This document shows positions 19,506 through 28,729 of a DNA stretch of 64,000 nt, in pieces. A program made the translations under genes and the position numbers. The notes under the pieces are model-generated. The model searched no databases, was not told where the DNA came from, and saw only the letters and a program-made list of their open reading frames with translations. The DNA is from an uncultured Anaerolineales bacterium (GTDB lineage: Bacteria; Chloroflexota; Anaerolineae; UBA2200). The DNA lies in the NCBI GenBank assembly GCA_964478075.1, contig CAYZGO010000015.1, forward strand, positions 4,715-68,714, read 5' to 3'. Positions within the stretch are counted from its first letter, which is position 1. The number at the start of each line of letters is the position of its first letter.

Positions 19506-20861
19506 TTGTGGTTAGGAGACATAAGCTTGAGGAGACGTTTCTACCTGCTCTCCCTCGGATGCCCCAAGAACACGGTTGACGCAGAAGCCATGGGCGGATT
19601 GCTGGAGGAGGCAGGGCTGCGCAAGACAGAGCGACCTGACCGCGCAGATGTGTTGATTGTGAACACCTGCGGCTTCATTGACCAGGCACGAGAGGAATCG
19701 TACGCTGTACTGCGCGAATTGGCACAGGCTAAGCAGAACGGCCAGATCCTGTTGGCCGCTGGATGCCTCTCACAACGCTACGGAGAAGAGGTGAGACGCG
19801 CTGTGCCGGGTGTTGATGGCATCCTCGGCACGCGAGAGTGGGCCAACGTTGGCCGGTGCGTAGAGCGGCTGCTGGGTGGAGAGCTCGGCGCTGGCGTGCG
19901 ACCGAAGGATGAGGTATCTGTGGTCACGCCCATGCGGCGTCAGGCTCAGGGCCCCAGCGCCTACCTGAAGATTGCCGATGGCTGCGATGCACCCTGTGCC
20001 TTTTGCGCTATACCACTGATCAAGGGGCCACAGCGCAGCAAGGCACGTTCCGCTATCTTGGAGGAGGCTTGCCAACTCGTCGTTCAGGGAGTCCAGGAGG
20101 TAATTCTCATCGCCCAGGACACGACAGCCTATGGCCGTGATCTGGGGGAGAGCGACGCTTTGCTCAGTTTGATCGAGGACATCCTGAAAGCCGTGCCACA
20201 GCTCCAGTGGCTGCGTCTGATGTATACCTATCCGCAGCACATTACTCCATGTCTGATCGAAACTATGGCGCTGCATCCCCAGGTCTGTCACTACCTCGAT
20301 TTGCCACTGCAACACGCCCACCCTGCCACACTACGGCGTATGCGGCGCTCACCTGACGTGGAAGGCGTGCGAAAGTTGATAGCGAATCTGCGCCAGGCCA
20401 TGCCCGACGTCGCCTTGCGCACTGCCTTTATCGTTGGCTACCCTGGCGAGACAGAGGAGGAATTTGCTGCGTTGCTGGACTTTGTGGCCGAGATCACCTT
20501 TGACAAGGTGGGTATTTTTGTTTACTCACTGGAAGAAGGCACGCCAGCGGCAAGCCTGCCCGATCCCGTACCTCGCGAAGTGGCTGAGGAACGCTACGCG
20601 CGTGCTATGGAACTACAACGGGACGTCTCCCTGTCACGCAACCAGATACAGCTAGGACGTACGCTGGATGTGCTTATTGAGGGGGCCGGGCAGGGAATCA
20701 GCGTGGGACGCTGCTATCGGGACGCCCCGGAGATTGACGGCTACGTGCTCATGCGCGGAGAATGGCCTGTGGGGCAGATGGTGAAGGCGGAAATCGAGCG
20801 CGCCATGGATTACGACCTAGAGGGGCGAGTTCTGTCAGCTTCCCAGAAACCCGTTTTCTGA
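19506..20861 (+). CDS. rimO: Ribosomal protein S12 methylthiotransferase
   Basis: SLGCPKNTVD, NTCGFI, GC...C.FC.IP radical SAM motif, TRAM domain with DAPEIDG. Confidence 0.93.
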   Translation: MWLGDISLRRRFYLLSLGCPKNTVDAEAMGGLLEEAGLRKTERPDRADVLIVNTCGFIDQAREESYAVLRELAQAKQNGQILLAAGCLSQRYGEEVRRAVPGVDGILGTREWANVGRCVERLLGGELGAGVRPKDEVSVVTPMRRQAQGPSAYLKIADGCDAPCAFCAIPLIKGPQRSKARSAILEEACQLVVQGVQEVILIAQDTTAYGRDLGESDALLSLIEDILKAVPQLQWLRLMYTYPQHITPCLIETMALHPQVCHYLDLPLQHAHPATLRRMRRSPDVEGVRKLIANLRQAMPDVALRTAFIVGYPGETEEEFAALLDFVAEITFDKVGIFVYSLEEGTPAASLPDPVPREVAEERYARAMELQRDVSLSRNQIQLGRTLDVLIEGAGQGISVGRCYRDAPEIDGYVLMRGEWPVGQMVKAEIERAMDYDLEGRVLSASQKPVF

Positions 20862-20929
20862 CTTCTGTAAACCCCAATCCGGCAACGTCACAGAGACTTG
20901 CCAGGCTGACCACCAAGAAAACGGTTTCT
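20844..20929. repeat. ~86-bp element with inverted ends CAGAAACCCGTTTTCT...AGAAAACGG(G)TTTCT, copy 1
   Basis: Same ends and length as 35854-35940; contains the rimO stop codon. Confidence 0.65.
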
Positions 20930-20930
20930 T

Positions 20931-21581
20931 TCATGGAGTTTGCATCTTCCTCGAACGCCAGAAGGCATCCGAGAGCAGAGTGCTTCGCAGCAGCCTTTCC
21001 ATGAGCGGGTCAGCAACGTTGAGGGCACGACGGTCGTGCAGGTACAGGGCCAAGGAACGAGCAAAGTAGGCATGTGGATCGGTGCACGCCGCTTCGTCAA
21101 AGCCATAGCCCAGTGGGAACAACTCGACCACGCGCGCTCCAACCTCACGCAAAGCGGGATTGACACCTCCTCCGTCAGAAAGCCAAAGTCCACCCTCAGC
21201 TCCAGCGCTGCCCAACAAGTGATCCAGCAAGTATCCCGCTGGCACAAGGGCCTCCAGGGAATCTAGCGCTAAATCGGACACTGCTATGTGGGCCACGTTG
21301 CGCAGCACCAGGCGCTTTAGCAAGTGCTCCCCAGCGTCATAGCGCGAGGGCAAATGGGTGATGACCACGTGGCCGCCGGGCTGCTTGAGCCAAAAGCGCA
21401 CCAGTCCCTCAGGCAATGGCTGCAGGCGGGTCAGCAATTCCTCGAGCGGGGCCCAAATGTGCGTGAAGCGCTGCTGTGCTGCCTGTGACGACAACTCCAA
21501 CGCGCGCGGGGCCACGTGTATCCTATCAACCTTTAGTCGTTCAAAAATCTGCTTCTTCATTGCGTCTCCAGCATGGCGCAA
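20931..21581 (-). CDS. Hypothetical protein resembling ATLF/PPEP-type zinc peptidase fold, zinc ligands absent
   Basis: G.LLDHLLG, LS, Y...T.P.AYFA...A.YL..R..L...P pattern. Confidence 0.5.
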   Translation of the reverse strand: MRHAGDAMKKQIFERLKVDRIHVAPRALELSSQAAQQRFTHIWAPLEELLTRLQPLPEGLVRFWLKQPGGHVVITHLPSRYDAGEHLLKRLVLRNVAHIAVSDLALDSLEALVPAGYLLDHLLGSAGAEGGLWLSDGGGVNPALREVGARVVELFPLGYGFDEAACTDPHAYFARSLALYLHDRRALNVADPLMERLLRSTLLSDAFWRSRKMQTP

Positions 21582-21634
21582 TTATACCAGCAGCCGACTT
21601 GCAGCGCCAACCCGCGCGGCGCTTGGACCGTGCG

Positions 21635-21685
21635 GTAGAGACGTAGCATGTGTAATATCACCGCAGGGTGAGGCTACGTCTCTAC
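21635..21685. repeat. REP-like palindrome GTAGAGACGTAGCAT/GCTACGTCTCTAC with 23-bp central insert
   Basis: Reverse complement of 28515-28565 (insert 18/23 identical). Confidence 0.85.
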
Positions 21686-21751
21686 CGAAGCTTGGTGCTG
21701 CTGTCATTGTGTGCTAAACTACTGCTGACGAGCCCAGAAACAGGGGGCCTG

Positions 21752-22636
21752 ATGCTCACCATCATCATTACCGCCTACCGGGAAGAGAAGACTATTGGCC
21801 GGGCAATTGAAGCCTTCCTTGCGCAGGATTTGGCCCCAGACTACGAGTTGGTGGTAGTCTGCCCGGACGATGAGACGGCAGCTGTCGTGGTAAAGTATGC
21901 CGCAACCAACAGCCGGATCAGATGTCTGCGCGACGAGGCGGAAGGCAAGCCAGCAGCATTGAATCTGGCGTTGAGCGCGGCAAAAGGCGAGCTGGTCGTC
22001 CTGAGCGACGGCGACGTTTACATTGGGCCCGGCGCCGTTGACGTGCTCCTGGGAGCCTTCGACGACCAGCGAGTTGGCATGGTCAGCGGCCGCCCCGTGT
22101 CACTCAATCCAAGCGACACAATGCTGGGCTATTGGTCTCACCTGTTGCTGGACGCTGGTGCACACCGCCAGAGGTCGCTGCGGGCCAGGCGTGGGGAGTT
22201 CCTGGAATGCTCTGGATACCTGTACGCCTTCCGCCGCTCACTGGTGGGCCCCGTAGCGGAGGATTCGCTCGCTGAGGATGGGCTTATCTCGCACATGGTC
22301 TGGGAGCAGGGCTTTCGTACAGCCTATGCTCCTCAAGCCCTGGTCTACGTCAAATATCCAACCTCCTACCAGGACTGGATGAAGCAGAAGATACGTTCCC
22401 TGGGTGGCTATGCCCAGCAATACCTGAAGGGTTCGCCAGGGATGAGGTCTTTCCGCAGAGAAGCCATTCACGGCGCGTGGAGTGCCATCAGATATGCCCA
22501 AAACCTCAGAGAACTCTGGTGGACGCTGCTGCTGTTTGCCGCCAGAGTACATGTTTGGCTACGGGTCTGGTGGGATGTAAAATGGCGCAGGAAATCGTTT
22601 GCCGATATGTGGCAGCGGGTCAATAGCACCAAATAA
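21752..22636 (+). CDS. Family 2 glycosyltransferase
   Basis: IIITAYREE, GKPAALN, LSDGD, AED; likely ATG 21752. Confidence 0.85.
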   Translation: MLTIIITAYREEKTIGRAIEAFLAQDLAPDYELVVVCPDDETAAVVVKYAATNSRIRCLRDEAEGKPAALNLALSAAKGELVVLSDGDVYIGPGAVDVLLGAFDDQRVGMVSGRPVSLNPSDTMLGYWSHLLLDAGAHRQRSLRARRGEFLECSGYLYAFRRSLVGPVAEDSLAEDGLISHMVWEQGFRTAYAPQALVYVKYPTSYQDWMKQKIRSLGGYAQQYLKGSPGMRSFRREAIHGAWSAIRYAQNLRELWWTLLLFAARVHVWLRVWWDVKWRRKSFADMWQRVNSTK

Positions 22637-22650
22637 CACCCTGAGGTACT

Positions 22651-23397
22651 ATGAAAGCGATACGCTGGATATTTGTCGTGGCGGTCAAGCTGCTGGCCAA
22701 GATTCTGCTCAAGGTGGAGGTAGTAGGTCTGGAGCACATACCAGCAAGGGGACCAGTTATTCTTGCCACTAACCACGTCAACTTTATTGATGCTCCTCTC
22801 GTGTACACGCTGATGCCTCGCGAAATGACCGGTTTAGCCAAAGCCGAAACGTGGCACACGCCTATCCTCAACCTCGCAGCCACATCGTGGGGCGCTATCC
22901 CGATACGACGTGGTGAACTCGATCTCGATGCTATCCGCCGCGCGTTGCAGGTACTCCGTGACGGCAGGATTCTGGGCATCACGCCAGAAGGTACACGCAG
23001 CAGCCATGGTCGCTTGCAGAAAGGTCGCCCCGGCATTGTGCTCCTGGCTTCACGTGTACCTGATGCACTGATTCTGCCCACGGCCATTTATGGGGGGGAA
23101 CACTTTTGGGGCAACCTGCGCCGACTGCGTCGCACAAAAGTGAACGTGGTATTCGGGCAAGGGTTTCACCTGGAGCCGGGAGTTGGCCGAGTCACGCACG
23201 AGATGCGGCAAAAGATGACCGACGAGATCATGATGCAGATAGCTGCTCTGCTCCCTGCTGAGAACCGAGGCCTCTACAGCAACCTCACAGCGGCCAGTGA
23301 GGACCACCTGCGCTTTCCTTCGGGGGTAACCAGCAACCTCCAGCGAGCACTGGAGCAATCCGCAACCTGGCCAACGAGCGGAGGAGAGAGCGGATGA
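22651..23397 (+). CDS. plsC: 1-acyl-sn-glycerol-3-phosphate acyltransferase
   Basis: NHVNFID, AKAE, PIRRG, PEGTRS motifs. Confidence 0.85.
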   Translation: MKAIRWIFVVAVKLLAKILLKVEVVGLEHIPARGPVILATNHVNFIDAPLVYTLMPREMTGLAKAETWHTPILNLAATSWGAIPIRRGELDLDAIRRALQVLRDGRILGITPEGTRSSHGRLQKGRPGIVLLASRVPDALILPTAIYGGEHFWGNLRRLRRTKVNVVFGQGFHLEPGVGRVTHEMRQKMTDEIMMQIAALLPAENRGLYSNLTAASEDHLRFPSGVTSNLQRALEQSATWPTSGGESG

Positions 23398-23942
23398 GGG
23401 TGATTGCGGGTGAGGCAAAAGGGCGCCGCCTCTTCTCTGTGCCAGGACTGACGACGCGCCCCATCACCGACCGGGTCAAGGAAGCATTGTTCGACATCCT
23501 GGGAGAGCGCGTGATAGAATCACGCTTTCTGGACTTGTTTGCGGGGACTGGCGGGGTCGGCATCGAGGCCCTCAGCCGTGGGGCGTGCGAAGTCACTTTC
23601 GTCGAGTTGGATACACGTGCGCTGGCCACTCTTCGCCGCAATCTGGAAGTCACAGGACTCGACGACCGGGCTCACGTAATACGCCGTGATGTGTTCAAGT
23701 TCATTGCCCGCTACAAAGGTCAGGCCTTTGACATCGTGTACGTGGCCCCACCCCAGTACAAAGGGCTTTGGGGACGTACCTTGCGTGCCCTGGACAGTTC
23801 GACACTGGTACAGTTCGGTGGCCTGATCGTGGCTCAGATGCATCCCAAAGAGTACGAAACTCTCGATCTGGCTGAACTGGTCCTCTCGGACAAGCGCAAA
23901 TATGGCAGTACACTCCTCTGCTTTTACGAGGTTCATACCTAG
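23394..23942 (+). CDS. rsmD: 16S rRNA m2G966 methyltransferase
   Basis: MRVIAGEAKGRRL, RPITDRVKEALF, LDLFAGTGGVGIEALSRG, VAPPQY. Confidence 0.92.
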   Translation: MRVIAGEAKGRRLFSVPGLTTRPITDRVKEALFDILGERVIESRFLDLFAGTGGVGIEALSRGACEVTFVELDTRALATLRRNLEVTGLDDRAHVIRRDVFKFIARYKGQAFDIVYVAPPQYKGLWGRTLRALDSSTLVQFGGLIVAQMHPKEYETLDLAELVLSDKRKYGSTLLCFYEVHT

Positions 23943-24493
23943 CGGAGCATACCGTGCATTCTGGCTAGCACCTCGCAGTGATAGAGGACAGCTAGCACTA
24001 TGGAGAACGCCTGGCGCACACGGCGCATCGGTAAGCGGGCGCCAGCCCATTTGCAATACTCCTCTGCTTCACCACGACTGATCCATATCACAGGGTGATT
24101 AGCCCGTGCAGGATCCTCGTAAGGGACCGTATAAAGCGGCTCCGAGCATCCGCCATCGGCGACGCAATGGGCGTATTGCACATTTGTGACCTCAGTCCGA
24201 TCTATCCAGAATGCGTCCAAGTGGATACGTTGCTCAGGTATACTCGTCATGCTGCCTGGCCCGTATAGGAACTCCCCGGCGGGGACGTAGACTATCACCG
24301 CGCCATCAGCAGGACGGATCCAGGTATCGCCCAGGGATGCATTAGCAGGAGGAACCTGAGGTGTGGGTTCCCTGGTTAGCTCTTCGGTCGGCGTGGGCAT
24401 CACCATTGGGCCCGCGCACGACGCGACCAAGCCGGCCACCAGGATTGATATCGCCATAGCACTTGCAACACGCAATGCTCTTATCCGTCTCAT
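23939..24493 (-). pseudogene. C-terminally truncated formylglycine-generating-enzyme (SUMF1/FGE-sulfatase) family lipoprotein
   Basis: Lipobox LVASC, VPAGEF..G, FWIDRTEVTN.QY, HPV..IS..EA..YC.WAGARLP; then no TEAEWE motif or C-terminal half. Confidence 0.7.
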
Positions 24494-24559
24494 CCTTTGA
24501 CCACAGTACGATGCGTGTGATAATGTGGGAAACCGTGGGATACCTGTGGGATAAGCCTG

Positions 24560-24749
24560 CTATTTGAAGATGTAGTACGTTGCTCGCTTGTCACTAATTT
24601 TCAGCAGGATGTCGCGCCAGACCAGGCCTGCCAGGTCACGGCGTGTGGTTTCTGTGCTCGCCTCTGGGCACAGGTTCTGATACTCATGGTTGGTGATGCG
24701 TTCGTGGCCCCCGTTGCAAAAAGGTCCGTACCTCGTCCGTCAAGACCAT
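24560..24749 (-). pseudogene. Fragment of a C-terminal winged-HTH domain
   Basis: Manual translation 24700->24560: RITNHEYQNLCPEASTETTRRDLAGLVWRDILLKISDKRATYYIFK*; no in-frame start, one frameshift from MVLTDEVRTFLQRG. Confidence 0.6.
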
Positions 24750-24776
24750 CTCCGCATTGGACCCAGCAGGCAGATG

Positions 24777-25862
24777 TCAAGATTGGGAATAATCCATTTT
24801 CCATTTGTTCTCGACACGGATTAGAGTCCAGCGCACCTCGGTAAGGGGGCTCTTCTTGTCGGCTGAATGGAACACGACTTTGACAGTGACTATTGCTGAC
24901 TGGGAATCGTCCTGAGTTGGGTAGTAGGCCAGTTCTTTGACCACTGCAAACTTGACTTCACCAAGAGGGAACGGCGAACCGTACTTTAGCTTGCCTTCCA
25001 TGAACTCGGTAGCCGCTTGGGCGCTCAGGTATTCCAGGATGGTCGGTTTAGCGTCAGCTTTTCCGAAAGTCTTGTAGAAAGCGAGCACGATCTTTTCCGG
25101 ATATGGAGTATCCAGGATAACAGAAGGGATGCCTTCCGGGAAGTCAATTTTGGATGTAAAGGGTGACACCAGTGTAGTGGTGCCTGTGATGAAGTAGCCG
25201 TCGCCCTCAGGTTTGTAGTAGCGCCTCGTGACTAATTGGCTGCGCTCGTGACCGGCGCGGCTGGTGACCCTGACTTCGAGCGTTTCTGAATCGAAGTCGA
25301 CACCGCCATCGCTGCGGAAGAGCCCGATACAGCGGTATAGCGGTGGCTCATCCGTAGGTTGGTTAGCAGGGTCAGGATTCAGATGGAAGAAGGCTGCCTC
25401 AATAGTAGTAGTGAAAACCAGTTCTTTGCGTACTTTGCTGTCCGGCTCGGACACGATGTCAACGAGTGATACCTCCGGGACACTTTGGGCCAAGTAGTTC
25501 TCATCCGGTATGCGCAGTCTGTACGGATAGACAACGGGTAACAGTGGTGGAGAACGACGCACGACATCATAGATCAAAGCAGCTACAGGCCCATGTTCGC
25601 CAACTTGATCGAAACGATAGAACACCAACCACTCCAACTCACCGTCACTGTCAGTGTCTTCTCGTTGTACATCTGCAACGTCCATACCAAGCAGCACATT
25701 ATCGGTGAGACTGATGGTCTTCTTTGGCAACTCTTCTGACGGGCTCGCAGCACATGAGGTCAGCAAAGCGACAAACAGAATGACGAGCATGGCGGAACAC
25801 GCCAACTTTGGCACAGTGAACTGCTGCACGCCTGTTCTACAATGGCTGGATCTCTTGACCAT
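24777..25862 (-). CDS. Putative lipoprotein of unknown function
   Basis: Lipobox LLTSC; DTDSDGELEWLV motif; C-terminal W.L......WK.D NTF2-like pattern; start overlaps lon end region. Confidence 0.65.
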   Translation of the reverse strand: MVKRSSHCRTGVQQFTVPKLACSAMLVILFVALLTSCAASPSEELPKKTISLTDNVLLGMDVADVQREDTDSDGELEWLVFYRFDQVGEHGPVAALIYDVVRRSPPLLPVVYPYRLRIPDENYLAQSVPEVSLVDIVSEPDSKVRKELVFTTTIEAAFFHLNPDPANQPTDEPPLYRCIGLFRSDGGVDFDSETLEVRVTSRAGHERSQLVTRRYYKPEGDGYFITGTTTLVSPFTSKIDFPEGIPSVILDTPYPEKIVLAFYKTFGKADAKPTILEYLSAQAATEFMEGKLKYGSPFPLGEVKFAVVKELAYYPTQDDSQSAIVTVKVVFHSADKKSPLTEVRWTLIRVENKWKMDYSQS

Positions 25863-25866
25863 ATCT

Positions 25867-28284
25867 TCACACACTCCGTTTGTTCTTGACCGAAGCAGCA
25901 CGCTTCCGGGTCTTCTTCCGCTGTGGGGAGAAAAGAGCTACAGGCAGAACCTCGTCCATGCGTTCCACGAATACAAAGTTGAGGCCTCGCTGCACCTTGC
26001 GCGGCACATCAACCAGATCCTTCTTATTTCTCTTGGGCAGAAGCAGCGTCTTCAAACCGGCACGATACGCTGCCATCACCTTCTCGCGCACGCCACCGAT
26101 TGGCAGCACACGACCGCGCAGGGTGATCTCGCCAGTCAGGGCAACCTCACGGTGGACGGGCCGATGCGTCAAAGCCGAAATCAACGCTGTTGCAATAGTG
26201 ATCCCGGCGGACGGGCCATCCTTGGCAACGGCTCCTTCCGGCACGTGGATGTGAATGTCAACCTTGTCAAAGTCAACGCTTACGATACCGAGCTCTCTTG
26301 TGTGCGCTCGCGCATAGCTCAACGCTGCCTGAGCCGATTCTTGCATTACGTCACCGAGTCGACCGGTGAGCAGCAGGTTGGCCTTACCAGGCATCACCGT
26401 CACTTCGACCGCCATGGTGTCGCCGCCAGTTTCTGTCCAGGCCAGACCGGTAGCTACTCCTACTTCATCTGCTTCCTCAGCCCTGCCGTGCAAGAACTCT
26501 GGCGGCCCAAGGTATCTGGACAGAGTTTGCGGCATGATATAGCGCGGTGGGGGTTTACCCTCAGCCACCAACCTCGCCACTTTGCGGCAGATGTTGGCGA
26601 TACTGCGCTCCAAATTACGCACCCCGGCCTCAAGCGTGTATTCACGAATCATGTGCCGCAGAGTCCGGCGTGGGAAGTACAGCCGTGTTAGCCCGTGCTG
26701 CTCAAGCTGGCGTGGCACGAGAAATCGTCTGGCGATCTCCATCTTCTCTTCTTCGATGTAGCCAGGGAATTCAATCACCTCCATGCGGTCGCACAGAGCA
26801 GGCGGAACAGGATCGAGGATGTTAGCCGTAGTGATAAAGATCACTTTGGACAGGTCGTATGGCACTTCCAGATAGTGATCTGAGAAAGAGTTGTTCTGCT
26901 CAGGATCCAAGGCTTCCAGCAGAGCGGCAGAAGGGTCACCACGGAAATCAATTCCTACTTTGTCTATCTCATCCAGCATGAAGACGGGATTGACTGTACC
27001 CGCACGGCGCACGGTTTGAATGATACGGCCAGGCAAGGCACCAACATAAGTGCGACGGTGCCCACGAATCTCCGCCTCATCGCGGATTCCCCCCAGGCTC
27101 ACCCGCGCGAAATTGCGGCCCAGCGCTTCAGCAATGGACTTGCCCAGGGATGTCTTGCCAGTACCCGGAGGTCCTACAAAGCAAAGGATTGTGCTGCGCA
27201 TTTTGTCAGGCGCAAGTTTGCGTACGGCCATGTACTCAAGGATGCGCTCCTTGGCCTTTGTCAGTGCATAGTGATTCTTATCGAGAATCTCGCTGGCGTG
27301 GGCGATGTCCAGGTTGTCCTCTGTGCATTGCGCCCATGGTAGATCGAGCAGCCAGTCAATATATGTGCGGATGACACTGACTTCTGGAGCTGCGAGGGGC
27401 ATACGCGCCAGGCGGCTCAGTTCCTTCTCTGCCTTCTGGCGAACCTCCTTGGGCATTTGGGCTTCGGCGATCCTCTCCTGCAATTCTGTGATTTCGCCGG
27501 CCAGGGAATCGCTCTCGCCCAGCTCACTCTGGATGACGCGCATCTGCTCACGCAGAAAGTACTCGCGCTGACCTTTGTCTACTTCTTGTTGCACCTGCGA
27601 GTGGATGCGGGTTTCCAGTTCCAGCACATCCAGTTCTTTGGCCAGGAGCACGCTGACCTTTTTCAACCTGGCGACGGGATTCGGGGTTTCCACCAGCTCT
27701 TGCCGGCGGGCTACGTCCAGGTTGAGGTTGGAAGCCACCAAATCAGCAAGCCAACTGGGGTCGTTAACGTTCATAGCCATGACAAAGGCATCGTCGGGTA
27801 TGCCTCGACTCAGGTGCACGACTTTCTCAAACAAGGTCAACACGGCGCGCATGAGCGCCTCAGCGGAGATAGAAGGCTCAACGCCCTCCACAATGGGAAG
27901 CACGTGCGCTAGGAGGTATGGCTCGGTCTTGATAAGCCCCAAAAGGCGCAAGCGCCTGCGACCCTGCAAGAAGACGCTCGTCGTTTGATCTGGCATACGC
28001 CAGACACGTCCGATAACCGCTTCTGTTCCAAACCCATAGAGGTCATCCATGCCTGGAACCTGAACCTCAGCGTCCTTCTGGGTGAAAACAGCAATTCGCT
28101 GCTCGCCGGCCAGTGCGGCTTCTACAGCTTTTACAGACTGAGCACGGCCAATGAAGAGGGGAGCGACTACGTGTGGTAACAGTACCGTGTCTCGCACGGG
28201 CAACAGAGGAAGCTCCCTCGCCTCGCTGCTCTGATCTGGCGAGAACTTGGCCGGAAACGAGTCAAACTCCCAATCATCTGTCAT
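25867..28284 (-). CDS. lon: ATP-dependent protease La
   Basis: GPPGTGKTS, GHRRTYVGALPG, PKDGPSAG-like VAKDGPSAG, GGVREK; likely start ATG 28284. Confidence 0.97.
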   Translation of the reverse strand: MTDDWEFDSFPAKFSPDQSSEARELPLLPVRDTVLLPHVVAPLFIGRAQSVKAVEAALAGEQRIAVFTQKDAEVQVPGMDDLYGFGTEAVIGRVWRMPDQTTSVFLQGRRRLRLLGLIKTEPYLLAHVLPIVEGVEPSISAEALMRAVLTLFEKVVHLSRGIPDDAFVMAMNVNDPSWLADLVASNLNLDVARRQELVETPNPVARLKKVSVLLAKELDVLELETRIHSQVQQEVDKGQREYFLREQMRVIQSELGESDSLAGEITELQERIAEAQMPKEVRQKAEKELSRLARMPLAAPEVSVIRTYIDWLLDLPWAQCTEDNLDIAHASEILDKNHYALTKAKERILEYMAVRKLAPDKMRSTILCFVGPPGTGKTSLGKSIAEALGRNFARVSLGGIRDEAEIRGHRRTYVGALPGRIIQTVRRAGTVNPVFMLDEIDKVGIDFRGDPSAALLEALDPEQNNSFSDHYLEVPYDLSKVIFITTANILDPVPPALCDRMEVIEFPGYIEEEKMEIARRFLVPRQLEQHGLTRLYFPRRTLRHMIREYTLEAGVRNLERSIANICRKVARLVAEGKPPPRYIMPQTLSRYLGPPEFLHGRAEEADEVGVATGLAWTETGGDTMAVEVTVMPGKANLLLTGRLGDVMQESAQAALSYARAHTRELGIVSVDFDKVDIHIHVPEGAVAKDGPSAGITIATALISALTHRPVHREVALTGEITLRGRVLPIGGVREKVMAAYRAGLKTLLLPKRNKKDLVDVPRKVQRGLNFVFVERMDEVLPVALFSPQRKKTRKRAASVKNKRSV

Positions 28285-28477
28285 AATGAGTAACCAGTCT
28301 CCATAAAGGTTGCTTCTACTATACCACATTTTGCACGAAATGCATAGAGGCGCTGTCCCAACTTGATACACCCAACCAGGAATGGCACTTGCTTTCACCA
28401 GGGCTGTGCAGTAAAATTGGGCAGGATAGTTGGCAGATGTGCGCTGTTCGCAGAGAAGGCGGTCTCTTGAGAACCTT

Positions 28478-28565
28478 GGGCGTATCCAAAGGTCCAGGCG
28501 TCCGTGCGGCAGTTGTAGAGACGTAGCCTCAGCCTGCGGTGAGATTAGCTATGCTACGTCTCTAC
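28478..28565. repeat. REP/MITE-like element: GGG..ATCC..CCAGGCGTCCGTGCGGCAGT arm plus palindrome with insert
   Basis: Arm matches reverse complement of 44521-44559; palindrome 28515-28565 matches 21635-21685. Confidence 0.75.
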
Positions 28566-28729
28566 TGGAAGGTGTAGGTGGACTGCGCACTGAGACCGGA
28601 CAGTGACCTCTGCACGTCGGCGGTCTGGCGCTTGTGCTGCCTGACATCGTGCGTCAGTTCATCAATGGGGGAGAATCGCTGCTGCGATTCATGTGTGTCA
28701 TATCTATGCAGGAAGAGGAGCATTAGACA

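Noticed and set aside
23939-24050. Programmed frameshift or readthrough rescuing the FGE-family gene
   Set aside because: No downstream FGE motifs in any minus-strand frame, and rsmD occupies the space
25654-26691. Long antisense ORFs (e.g. 345 aa opposite lon, 313 aa opposite pnp, 299 aa opposite amrS)
   Set aside because: Shadow frames of GC-rich conserved genes with no protein-like motifs
28285-28440. CIRCE/HrcA heat-shock operator upstream of lon
   Set aside because: No TTAGCACTC-N9-GAGTGCTAA motif found
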